DNA of 64,000 nt from Zancudomyces culisetae HAW-14-8. Taxonomy: Eukaryota > Fungi > Kickxellomycota. The stretch covers positions 3,100,001 to 3,164,000 of the forward strand of contig JBNJNM010000021.1 in assembly GCA_052426225.1 (NCBI GenBank). Direction: 5' to 3'. Below the pieces are notes generated by a model that saw nothing but the letters and a program-made list of their open reading frames with translations, was not told where the DNA came from and did not search any database. Within the stretch, counting starts at the first letter, position 1, and each line of letters begins with the position of its first letter. Shown here piece by piece: positions 46,666-57,559 of this stretch. The translations under genes were made by a program, and so were the position numbers.

Positions 46666-47963
46666 TCTTATGGATTTTTAAATTAATTTATATATCAAAA
46701 ATTATTTCCTTGGCAGCCAAACGGAAATTAATAATTTTGAAGCAATGTCTACCCTGTGTACGTTAAAAATAATTTTAAATAGTATAATTTGTTATATTCA
46801 ACTTGATATTTAATTCCGTGTTAATTATGCTTTAGATGTATTTTTATTTATATATCTATTAATACACAACATAATCATTAGGTTGAAATAATACAATAGT
46901 TTAATAGAATGATATATTTAATACCGTAGACTCATAAAAATACTTCATTTCATGGTCAACCGGTGACTTATATCCTGCTATCAAATATCTATAATTGTTT
47001 AATATATATTTAATAGGTTTATCTAGCTATATACTTATATAATATATATATTTATCAAAAACGAATGTGATTGATAGTTTTAAAATTTACTATAAAAACA
47101 ACATTAATCTAACTTATTGTTTAGTAATTTAAATATGAAATTATATGCTTAAATTAAATTATACGTTATGTAAACAAAAAGATGTAATTTAGTATTAATT
47201 TATATAATGTGTATGATATTGGTAATAATTTAATTAAACTTTGTTTTAACTGCTACGAGAGTAAAATCTTCAGATTTATAAATGTCTGGAGTTTATTTAA
47301 TAAATGTTGATTAATTTTATTAACAAGTTAGTATTCAATGGTAATAAAACAAATGGTATATAAATTAAGCTTATGAGTATATTGGTGTTACAAATAAAAA
47401 TACTTTATTGTAGTGCTCGTTAACTTCTTATTCTTTATATATGATAATTTTTTACGTTTTTGATGCTAATTTAATCTTAAAGTTAAATTATATTTAGATA
47501 TATAATAATATGTTTAGTTGAATATAATGAAAACTTATTATTATTATGCGAATGCCAGATACAATTATGTGTGTTACCAAATCTTTATTTAATTTCGAAA
47601 TCTTTCCTAGATACTAAATACTTTAACCCCAAAAAATTTTTCAAATGTTCCAAAATGTTCGAAATTTCGTAATCTGAAATTGAAAACTCAAGAATATTCT
47701 AGAGAGTTCGAATTCAGTACTAAAATTTCTTTGAAAATGTAGGGGTTAAAAGTATGAAAAAATTTTCTTAAAACAAAAACAAAATGAAAATAAAAGTATA
47801 TAAACCGTCTGTTTTTCCAGTTTTCTTGAGTTCCTTACCATCGGTTGAGCTAGGTTAGGGCGGGACTGGGTGGGACATAATTGTATCTGGCATTCGCATA
47901 ATAATAATAAGTTTTCATTATATAAAACTAAACATATTATTATGCTTCATTGGCCAGATACAA

Positions 47964-50900
47964 TTATGTTGCTTCAGAGTTTAATACGTGTAGAGTCAAA
48001 TTTTCTCTTGTTCTACGTGATAACTGATAGTATGTATCAAATATTCCTCTGCTTGCCCAAAATCCTTGGGTAATAACATCATCATATGTTGCACCTGATG
48101 AAGTAGCACGAGTTGATCCAAGTGCTCTTGCTTTTGGTACTTTAGCGTTTGGCGGTAATGGTATAAGCGACATAAGTTTGTTAATGTGCTTGCTGATACG
48201 CTGTGCTCCAATGTTAGTACTGTGGTCCTTGAGACTCCTGATGAGATAGAATATTGAGTTTCCGTCGAGCAAAGGATGTGGTTTTACGCAAGGTGTAACC
48301 GCAATCCGCTTTTTGTAAACCTGATAAGTTTCAACCGGACATAATTTTTTGTCAGAGTGTGCATGGATTATAGAAACTTTTTCAATTGGAGTTCCATTGC
48401 GTTTCTCCTTTGGTCCAACAATAATAAACTTGATGTATTCTCTTGTCACTGACGTCTTGCTGTCGTCAATCCTCTCAATGTCGCTTGGCCTGAGAAAGCC
48501 ACAGATGGCTATGAGCCAGCATAGTTTTGCTGTCAAGTCATACTTTGACATTCTGGAGTTAGGCCCAAGTTTCCTGATGTGGTCAATGATTGGACCGATG
48601 TCGTAAAGCGGATTGTCAAAGGATCTGACGTTTGATGAAGATAGTTGTTTGAGATACTCTTTCATTAGTGGATCGTCACTGAAAGAAGCCCAATCACTGG
48701 TTATGTCAAGAATGGCGGACTTGTAGTTCTTGACTGTTCCGAGTCTCCAGTTTAGCGCCTTCCGCTGCTGCTCCAGATAGTTGATAACGTCAACGACTGT
48801 TACGTTTTCTATGGAGATTGAAGATGTAGAAAGCCACTGTAGGAACTTGGTCTTCGGGCTCAGATATTTCTTCTGCTTGGTCTTAACTCGAGTGTTGTCG
48901 AGCATCAAATTGATGACCTGGTCATCTAATCCTGCTTCCTGATACCTTGCGCGCTTAACCGCCAAGCCGTAAGTGACCATGTCTTGTTGCGCATTGTCGC
49001 TGCTTTTCCGCTTCTCGGGTCTGGGATAACTGCTGACGGATGAATCTTGATTGGCGGTGCAATTGACAGGCTCTTCAGGTCCGGATACCACGGGGCTGAT
49101 CTCCAGAACGGCGTGATCAGAGTCGCCGTGATTCTCTCCTGACGGATCTTCTGGATGGTACGCTGGATCAGATTCCACGGTGGACACATGTATGGATTCT
49201 TCCACACTGTCCAACTGTGGTTGAAGGCGTTGATCCTGACTGCTTGGGGGCAGTATTTCCAACTCACAAATGTGTTCAGTTTGTGATTGGTGCTGCTCGC
49301 AAACATGTCGATATCGTGAGGACCAAAGTATTTTTGAATCCTTTGAAACACTCTTTCCGATATCGACCATTCGGTCTGCAAAGTAAGCCGGGATGGGGCG
49401 TCTGCCGGATTCACAATGGATGGTACGTACTGGATCTGTACCCTGGTCCCGTTGCTGATGCAGTGTTTCCACATCAGTTCCGATATGTCTAGCAGGTTGG
49501 GTGATCTGGTCCCTCCCTGTTTCTTGACATAGCTGATGGAGGTGTTGTTGTCGCAGTATACAACCACACTCCTGCCCTTTACCTGGGGCATCTTGATAGC
49601 CTTGTATATGGCTAGTAGCTCCTTGGCGTTGATCGGGAGCTTGGACTGTGCTTTGGTCCATATTCCTGAGTACTGGCTCTGACCAATAACTATCCCCCAA
49701 TGGAAGTCGCTCGCGTCTGTGTAGACTTCCACTTCCGGAATCTCTGGGAGGAAGCTCAGGCCGTTCCATTCCTTCAGATGATCTCTCCACCAGATCAGGT
49801 TGTCTAGAGCTGGCTGATCCAAAGATACTTCTGTGCTCCAATCCCGCGTGGTCCGCAGGGTGGCATTCTTGAGCTCCAAAAGCCTCCTGCTCATGAGTCT
49901 GCCTGGACGGAGAGCGATGTTCACTGCCTGTGTCTTGCCAATAAAAGATGCTAAGCATCTCAGCGTCGTCTTCCCATTCCTGATCAGTTTGGATGCCTCT
50001 CGCGTGAGATCCCTGAGTTTCTGCTTGGGAATCCTGAAGCTCATTTGGCGGGTGTTGATGTCCATACCCAAATGGCTGATTGACTGCTTGGGGTTCATTG
50101 ACGACTTCTCGTTGTTTATAATGAACCCTAGCTTGGTTAGCTTGTTTGCAACCATCGCAGTGTACTTGGTACACTCGCTTTTGGTTGATCCCAAGACCAG
50201 CAAATCGTCCAAGTAGCTCGAGATTCGGATCCCTCGAGCTCTGGCCCACTTGAGAACTGGCTTTAGTATTTTGGTGAATACTAGCGGGCTTAAGGACAGA
50301 CCAAATGGCAGTACCCTGTACTGGTAGATGCGATGGCCTCACGTCAACCTGAGATATTTTCTTGACGCCTTGTTGATGAGCACGTGCAAGAAAGCATCGC
50401 TGAGATCGATGCTTGTCATCCAGTCGCCCTTTCGCAACATTCGTGAGATGGTGTTGAGTGATTCCATCTTGAAATGCTGCTCGGGGATGTACTGGTTTAA
50501 AGGTCTCAGGTTGAGGACCATCCGTGTTCCTCCATTCTTCTTTGGGACGGTGAATGTCCTTGAGAAGAATCCTGGCTGCGCTGCTGAAACTTCCTCTATA
50601 GCTTTTTTGGAGAGGAGACTTGTAATCTCCTGCTCGACGACCTTTTCCGGAAGTTTCTTTAAGTCCTTCACGCACGGCTTTGGCTGCTTGACCGTGGGAG
50701 GATGCGCATTGAAGGGGATACGAAACCCTTCCTTGATCACCTGGAGTACCCACTGGTGATCGGTAAGCTTCTTCTATGCCTCCTGGAAGAGCTTCAGTCT
50801 GCCCCTTACGCTTGGGGTCTGATGCTGCTGCCACCCCGAAAATTATTCTTAGGAGCATTGAAACGGGGCTGCCTCTGCTCCTGGACCTGCTGTGGCTCTT

Positions 50901-51635
50901 GGATCTGTGGTTGCTGGCCTTGCTGCATTCCCATGAGGCTTGGAAATGCTCTCTGACCGGTGTATCTGGGCCTGCGTGGCTGGTAGCTCTTGAGTGCCCT
51001 CTGGGCCGCTTGCTGGCTGGCCTTTGCTTCGACAATCTGGCTTGTGTCGACAAGGGACTTCTTGGTTTCTGGATAGAGTTGCGGCGTGTCGGTTTCAACA
51101 CCCGCATCTCTGTATGCCTGATTGATTCTGCACTGGCTGAGGTGCGTTGCCGCATCAGCCAAGAGAATCCTGATTGAGTTGGCAAACTCAATAACCTTGG
51201 AGACTGGCACTTGGCTGCCACCCTGAATGCACTCATGCACAAAGAAGTCAATCGGCCTGGTGATTGCCGATAACCTGTACTGCGCATCATACATGGCGGC
51301 GTCGGTGCGTTTGGCAGAGCTGGACAACTTGACATTGACCGCGGGAGGGTCATAGTCCATGGCGGAGTTTCTGGGGACGGCGGCAAAAAACTTCTTCCGA
51401 TTGATGTCGGACAGAGGGGACTTGAAGAAGTCTTCCGTAACGGTTGGAAGAGCTTCTTGGAGCTCTTTGTAAAGCTCCATGTCGGCGGGCTGTGGCCTTT
51501 CTGTGATATGAGAAACTGGCGGATCCATATCCACTGACTCTGGGACTGATGCTGCCTGTTGCTGTGAACCTGATTCCTCCAGAACAGTAAGTCTGTTGAG
51601 GATTTCCTGAAGCATTTCTTGCGAAATGTTTGCAT
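47964..51635 (-). CDS. DIRS tyrosine recombinase ORF; YR domain in the last ~330 aa, N-terminal ~900 codons overlap gag and pol
   Basis: FLRPSDIERI, PKEKR, LCPV, KARALGST and QGFWASRGIFDTYY recombinase motifs in an uninterrupted 1223-codon frame from a true ATG. Confidence 0.85.
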   Translation of the reverse strand: MQTFRKKCFRKSSTDLLFWRNQVHSNRQHQSQSQWIWIRQFLISQKGHSPPTWSFTKSSKKLFQPLRKTSSSPLCPTSIGRSFLPPSPETPPWTMTLPRSMSSCPALPNAPTPPCMMRSTGYRQSPGRLTSLCMSAFRVAAKCQSPRLLSLPTQSGFSWLMRQRTSASAESIRHTEMRVLKPTRRNSIQKPRSPLSTQARLSKQRPASKRPRGHSRATSHAGPDTPVREHFQASWECSKASNHRSKSHSRSRSRGSPVSMLLRIIFGVAAASDPKRKGQTEALPGGIEEAYRSPVGTPGDQGRVSYPLQCASSHGQAAKAVREGLKETSGKGRRAGDYKSPLQKSYRGSFSSAARILLKDIHRPKEEWRNTDGPQPETFKPVHPRAAFQDGITQHHLTNVAKGRLDDKHRSQRCFLARAHQQGVKKISQVDVRPSHLPVQGTAIWSVLKPASIHQNTKASSQVGQSSRDPNLELLGRFAGLGINQKRVYQVHCDGCKQANQARVHYKQREVVNEPQAVNQPFGYGHQHPPNELQDSQAETQGSHARGIQTDQEWEDDAEMLSIFYWQDTGSEHRSPSRQTHEQEAFGAQECHPADHAGLEHRSIFGSASSRQPDLVERSSEGMERPELPPRDSGSGSLHRRERLPLGDSYWSEPVLRNMDQSTVQAPDQRQGATSHIQGYQDAPGKGQECGCILRQQHLHQLCQETGRDQITQPARHIGTDVETLHQQRDQGTDPVRTIHCESGRRPIPAYFADRMVDIGKSVSKDSKILWSSRYRHVCEQHQSQTEHICELEILPPSSQDQRLQPQLDSVEESIHVSTVESDPAYHPEDPSGENHGDSDHAVLEISPVVSGPEEPVNCTANQDSSVSSYPRPEKRKSSDNAQQDMVTYGLAVKRARYQEAGLDDQVINLMLDNTRVKTKQKKYLSPKTKFLQWLSTSSISIENVTVVDVINYLEQQRKALNWRLGTVKNYKSAILDITSDWASFSDDPLMKEYLKQLSSSNVRSFDNPLYDIGPIIDHIRKLGPNSRMSKYDLTAKLCWLIAICGFLRPSDIERIDDSKTSVTREYIKFIIVGPKEKRNGTPIEKVSIIHAHSDKKLCPVETYQVYKKRIAVTPCVKPHPLLDGNSIFYLIRSLKDHSTNIGAQRISKHINKLMSLIPLPPNAKVPKARALGSTRATSSGATYDDVITQGFWASRGIFDTYYQLSRRTRENLTLHVLNSEAT
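48926..50815 (-). pseudogene. DIRS pol (RT, RNase H, N6-adenine methyltransferase-like domain) with two in-frame stops
   Basis: One frame reads VRGRLKLFQEA*KKLTDHQWVL..SIDLSDAF..RLT*GHRIYQYRVLPFGL..YLDD..YTDAS..DMFAS..CPPW. The stops are at 50774-50776 and 50339-50341. Confidence 0.9.
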
Positions 51636-51642
51636 TATTCAT
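50806..51642 (-). CDS. DIRS Gag-like ORF1
   Basis: 278 aa ORF in the expected position with a QYRLSAITRPIDFF helical core and a Gln/Arg-rich tail. Confidence 0.8.
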   Translation of the reverse strand: MNNANISQEMLQEILNRLTVLEESGSQQQAASVPESVDMDPPVSHITERPQPADMELYKELQEALPTVTEDFFKSPLSDINRKKFFAAVPRNSAMDYDPPAVNVKLSSSAKRTDAAMYDAQYRLSAITRPIDFFVHECIQGGSQVPVSKVIEFANSIRILLADAATHLSQCRINQAYRDAGVETDTPQLYPETKKSLVDTSQIVEAKASQQAAQRALKSYQPRRPRYTGQRAFPSLMGMQQGQQPQIQEPQQVQEQRQPRFNAPKNNFRGGSSIRPQA

Positions 51643-52424
51643 GATTGACTTTATTTATATTTATTATATGTATATAAATGCTGGTTGTGTACCTAGCGAA
51701 AGAAAAGATGGTAAGGAACTCAAGAAAACTGGAAAAACAGACGGTTTATATACTTTTATTTTCATTTTGTTTTTGTTTTAAGAAAATTTTTTCATACTTT
51801 TAACCCCTACATTTTCAAAGAAATTTTAGTACTGAATTCGAACTCTCTAGAATATTCTTGAGTTTTCAATTTCAGATTACGAAATTTCGAACATTTTGGA
51901 ACATTTGAAAAATTTTTTGGGGTTAAAGTATTTAGTATCTAGGAAAGATTTCGAAATTAAATAAAGATTTGGTAACACACATAATTGTATCTGGCCAATG
52001 AAGCATAATATATATTTTCTATTCAATAACAATTTCAATAGTACAACTATATTTTTTACATAATTATTATCAACTTTCATACGTGAATTTACGACGAAAA
52101 ATTCTTTGTTTATTCACCTAGAAATATTTATTTAGACAATTCAATTATAATCTTTTTAACCAATTAAATATTACTGTTGTGCGAAACGCATTATTTACAT
52201 ATTAGTTTTTTATTTTTAATTTTTAATCATATTTAATTACCTTGTAATCCTAACTTATGAATATTAAGTTTCCCTACTAAAATATATTAGTTTTCTGACA
52301 ACTATCGATCTACAAATAATTTTAAATACATATATATTATATGTATTATTTCTATTTTGTAGAAACAATATTAAAGTTCAAAATAAAATATTTAAATGGA
52401 GTATTCACCGACTCAAAATAAAAG

Positions 52425-52562
52425 AGGTGCTACCACAGAACGAGATTTATTGGTTAAACAGGTTGTAATTCTTAAGGAATTACAGCTAGGCAAATGTATT
52501 AATTAAATACTAATAAATATTAGATAATGTTATGAGATGTTAGAGTCACCTGATTGGTCAAT
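52425..52562 (-). mobile_element. Short LTR remnant related to 62476-62615
   Basis: The reverse complement shares CCAATCAGGTGA...TTTGCCTAGCTGTAATTCCTTAAGAATTACAACCTG...CTCGTTCTGTG. Followed by TGGTAGCA, a possible initiator-Met PBS remnant. Confidence 0.65.
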
Positions 52563-53433
52563 CAGATGCAACTTTTAAATAAAATATTGTACAAAATAAA
52601 ATAGAATGTGCTCTTCAATAATTAAATATTGAGAATGTAAATCATAGAGAAAATAGCTAATATCTAATACATTATGAATAAAATTATTAAATTACAACCA
52701 AGCAAGGATAATATCACTGTATTCGACTAACTGTGGATAAAATTATCACTATATTGTACATAATACTTACATTAGTATATTTTAAAATATTATTAATAGT
52801 TATAAAAAGATATATAAATATAATTAAATATCATATTATTATATTTATAATAATTCATGTCGATTAAGTTGAATAGATTAGCTGTAAATTGAATTCAAAC
52901 TAAAAATATTAATATTGTATGTTGCATTAGAATCTGACTAGGTTCTTGCAATTATTTAAAATTGATATATTATGGCTGTTAAATTGGCCATAATATTGTA
53001 AACATTAACTAATTTGAGATGTTTGATAATTTATAAATAGTAGTTATTAATTTAAGTAGTTTAACAACAATATAAGATATTGAAAAACAATTTTCAAAAA
53101 AATTCAAGAAATATTTTTTGATGAAATAAATATTGTTTAAGTACTACTTAATATTTGTTATAGACAATTTTTGTCAGATATGTTAAGATTTAGAGAAAAA
53201 AATAGGGTTTATATACCTTTAAAATTACTAAAATGAATAAACATAAAATACCCTAAACTATTAACCTCTGCTTACTAATCAATAATACATACTATTGTTC
53301 AAGACGTTTCTTGCATTTTCAGGAGTGACCAATTAAGTACTAATTGTACCCCAGAAATTGCGTAATAATTAACTAATATTATGTAATATTTCTAATTTGG
53401 TAAGAATCTAGAATATATGAGTTAGTTAATGAC

Positions 53434-53640
53434 TGTCAGGACCTGACACTAAGTACTATAATTATAACTTGATACTTGATTTATTAATTAAATCCTATGG
53501 AATGAAAGTATTTTATTGCTAAAGATCTCCTTTGCAATAAAATCCTTTTATGTATATAATTTACCTAAACAAAATTATTAAACTTAAAATAAAACTTAAA
53601 TCTAATGAAACTAGAGAATGTTCAAACTAAAACATTGTAA
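53434..53640 (-). mobile_element. LTR 3' part (TGTCA-N5-TGACA family); far boundary approximate
   Basis: Reverse complement ...CTTTAGCAATAAAATACTTT...TATAGTACTTAGTGTCAGGTCCTGACA matches the copy ending at 13099. Confidence 0.6.
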
Positions 53641-55179
53641 ATATTTTAACTGCAATATTTTTATGAATTGCAGTTATTGAAACATTCTCCACAACGGGTA
53701 AAATGTTTAATATAATTTTTCAAATAAATTCATTTTAGAATGAATTTAATTTGCGGATATAATGTTAAATAAATTTTAACATTTACTATTTTTAAGTGAA
53801 ATCTAAAATAGCAGTTATGACATGAAAATCATGACAATGACAAAATAACATAATATTGTATAAAATTTCAAGATTATTTCTTGTTACCAAAAAGTTATAA
53901 AATTGTAACTAAACACATACATAATATCCTCATACATATTATATATAATCCATATCGTTAATTTATAGTATTAATTTTTAATTTTATTTAAATTAATAAA
54001 AGTAAGTATAATAATATTAGACTAATTAATAATTTGGGAGTTTACGAAATATAATAAAAACAATTAGTATAATAATAGATCTAATCCGCATTATAATTAA
54101 CAGTATAATAATATAAAAGGATAACAATGATTTTAAATAGTGCTAAATTTAAATAGTTAATTACATTTTACTGTCTTGATATAAACATTACTATTATTAA
54201 ATCAAATGTATCAAAATTGTAACATTTAATTATATGGTGACACATTTGGTATTACACTAATACTATAGTATTATAGTTTTATAATGTCATAAATTAAGAC
54301 ATAATACTATATTCATTTACCAAAATATTATCATATAATGATTCAAATTTATTATTAAACTAATCTAGGGGACAAGTACAAATGTTGTCAACACATTAAT
54401 CAAATAACCTTATAGAACTATACAATTTATTTATTGATTTTATTGATAGGTATAATTCTATTGAAGAAATTAATTAATGTAGAAATTTGTATGTATTTAC
54501 TTTAATTTTATGACTAAAATTTACATCAACTAACAGATAATTGTCTAATAAAAATACAAGTTGTTCTTAAACTAAAAAATGTTTATTTTATTAATAATGA
54601 TATTTAACACCCTTTACAATATAGAATTTAGAAATATTCAAATTATAATTTCTTATAATTCAAGTCTATTGTGACTACTCATTCTAATAATAAGATTAAA
54701 TTATTAAATATAATTAAAAACTACGTAATTAACATTGCTGGAATTTCTTTAAACATAATGGAAATTTTATGAATACTTTAATTATAAATTCAAGTAAATA
54801 TCTATTAGATTTGATTAGGAATCAAACTATGAAGCATAAATGTCAATGCCAAGTTTTAACATATTTCGTAAAGCTTAAAGACCTTATCCTTTATGTAAAT
54901 TTTAAATTCCATATCAGACGACAATTTTTTAAATTAGTATACACAATTGTCCATGCTCGAATTTATCACCTACCAATTTTAACAAAAACAAAAATTAATG
55001 ATTATATTTTATTTTTACTCAATATTTGATCTACAATTTTTATTTTAAATATATATATGGGTATTATAGCCGTATATAATATAATATAATACTATTAAAT
55101 TTATACACATACATTATGTGAATAATAATATGCGTTATTAGACCCTAAGTACTATAACCGAAATAAACATGTTTGAAGT

Positions 55180-56030
55180 CCAGTCTAAACGATAATAATT
55201 ATTAAACATGGCTACGCTACTCTATCCATCTTAATTTACTATTTCTTTTTCCGGTATGCCTGCTTTGAACGCCGTTGTAGTTCCGATTGCTCTCGCTTTT
55301 ACTGATGGACGTTCTGGAGGTACTTCTAGTAATTCATAGTTTTCTTATGTACCTAGAAATCGAAACCTTGAACATGCATTTGTTTTAGTTGTTAGTGTGC
55401 CTAAGTAACTTAAATAAACTGATTTCTGGATATTTTCGTGTTGTGCTATACAATCTTGGTATGCCAACCTATCTTTATATGTTTTATATGTTTCTACCGG
55501 ACAAAGTTGAGGGATTCTATGATTTTGTATCGCTGATTATCTGACGACTGGGCGACCTTCGCGTTTCTCTTTTGGTGCCATAATTGTAAAATTGATTTTA
55601 TCGACTTCTATTATCGTTTTGCTGTCATCGTTCCACGTTATGTCTGATGGTCTTAAGAATTCTGCTTTTGCTAGTAACCAACATACCTTTGATGTTATTT
55701 TGGTTGTCTCGAGCTCTTTCGTTGTTCCCCATTCTATTATCTTTACTATTATAGGTTTTATATTAATATTGTTATTAATAAAATATTTGAACTGATTCTC
55801 TTTTACAGCCATCGTGAATCTATTTAGAATCTTGAATTGTGCCGAATTCTCATCTAAATTGGCAACCATTCCTAATAAGGCTGACTTGTACGTTAGGATG
55901 GATGATGGTCGCAGTTTACTTTTATTGCTTATTTCTGATAAAAAAATAGATTATATACTCTACTTTTATTCCTTCTCTGTGCCTCCTGTATGGTACTGCT
56001 TCCATACTCCCATTGTGTTTTGAATAGGCA
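55180..56030 (-). pseudogene. Decayed DIRS-type tyrosine recombinase
   Basis: KVCWLLA..FLRPSDI..DDSKT..APKEKREGRP, LCPVETY and KARAIGTT are colinear with the intact YR at 47964-48900, with several stops. Confidence 0.85.
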
Positions 56031-56293
56031 GTTGCCTTTTCATTCTTTTATTTGCCCTTGGATTGTGTTGATTTAACAAATGGCTGCACTTGGTAGTCCA
56101 GTGTTATAAAGTTAATCTTTAATAGTTTAATTTAAGAGACATTAACATATAATTATCTTAATCACCTTTAGTAATATTTTTATAATCTTCATTATTTAAA
56201 ATTTGAAAAATTTAAAAACATAATGATCATACAGATGATTGTGTAGTTATATAATTTTCAAGCTAGTTAAAATATGCAAAGTTGAGTATTATA

Positions 56294-56755
56294 TGTTACA
56301 GCTTGCTTTATTTTATTTATAATAACTTGATTTAAGAAAAATATTAACTTTATTAAACTAAATAGTATATTTTTCACTGATGTTTTCCACAACGAATTTC
56401 GTTGGGTTTATATACTTTTTCGTCAGCATGATTTTCATGTTATAAACCAAGGTCGCAAGAGCTTGTATATCGAAGAAAAAATATTTTCTTACTTCGTTAA
56501 ACATTCAAGGAGTTTGGCCCTTGATTAGTTTCAAGATTTTCAATGTGGGGGTTTAGTTCAACATTGTGTTGTTTTGGTTTATGTAAAATAAACAGTTACT
56601 AAAAATCGAATTGGTAATAAATTAATTTCATGATTACCAAAATCAATTTATGTAACTTTACTAAAATGGAAATTCAACTTACTATTTTAATTTAACTAAA
56701 ATAGAAATAAAATTAACTAATGCAAAATTTATAGAACTACGTTCTATTCATAACA
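56294..56755 (-). mobile_element. Solo LTR, same family as 14046-14507
   Basis: TGTTA...TAACA termini, near-identical interior, flanks TTATA/ATATA (one mismatch). Confidence 0.85.
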
Positions 56756-57559
56756 ATATACAAACGAGTTAAATAATTGTCACATGTAATTATTATTTAT
56801 CACATCATTTTAATTTATATATTGAGTATAATAATATGTTGTAATAATAATTTAGTGTATATTGATTAAATATAGTACGAGAGTTATAACATTAATAAAA
56901 CTCTAAACTAATTATGTTTTATATATTCTACAAACAATATCACGTTTAGTATTAATCCTATTTTATAAAAAAAGTTTATAATCTTTATTTCAATTGTTAG
57001 GAATTGTGTCAAATACATATAATGAAATCATGTTTATATAATTCTCCATGACCAAATCAAGAAGGTTACTAAAATTAAATTGTAACCATATACAAATTAA
57101 TAAAATGTAACTAAGTACAAATTAATTAAATGTAACTTAGTACAAATTATTAAAATAATCTAACCAAGTCAAGTAAAAATTATTTCTCGATGAAATTTAA
57201 TTATAAAATTATTCACAGACCATTTTAGGAAATAAGAAATCTAGAAAAGATATCGAATCTAATAATTCAAAGAATCGTCAGAATTACATGAATGACGCAA
57301 TCATTGACACACTAAACTCACGGTAGTTAATCACATCAGTTACTCATAAGTTTAATAGTCAAATTTATAGTTTGATAGCAACTTTACTTAAGAAAATTTT
57401 ATATGAAAATTTTCCTGAGTAAAAGTAAAAAATCCTTTCAAAATCCATCGAAAGAGAACTTTTGTGAATAATATCTGATAACTATTGAATACCATAATTT
57501 TCTAAATAATATAATAATTCTAAATAAATAATCATAAAAATAATCAAGTCATTCCAACT

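Larger units (their letters stand above)
47502..52010 (-). mobile_element. DIRS1-type tyrosine-recombinase retrotransposon with ITRs and internal complementary region
   Basis: Inverted repeats 47554-47842 and 51707-51995. The ICR (~47876-47969) is complementary to both outer termini. Encodes gag, RT/RNase H/methyltransferase and YR. Confidence 0.95.
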
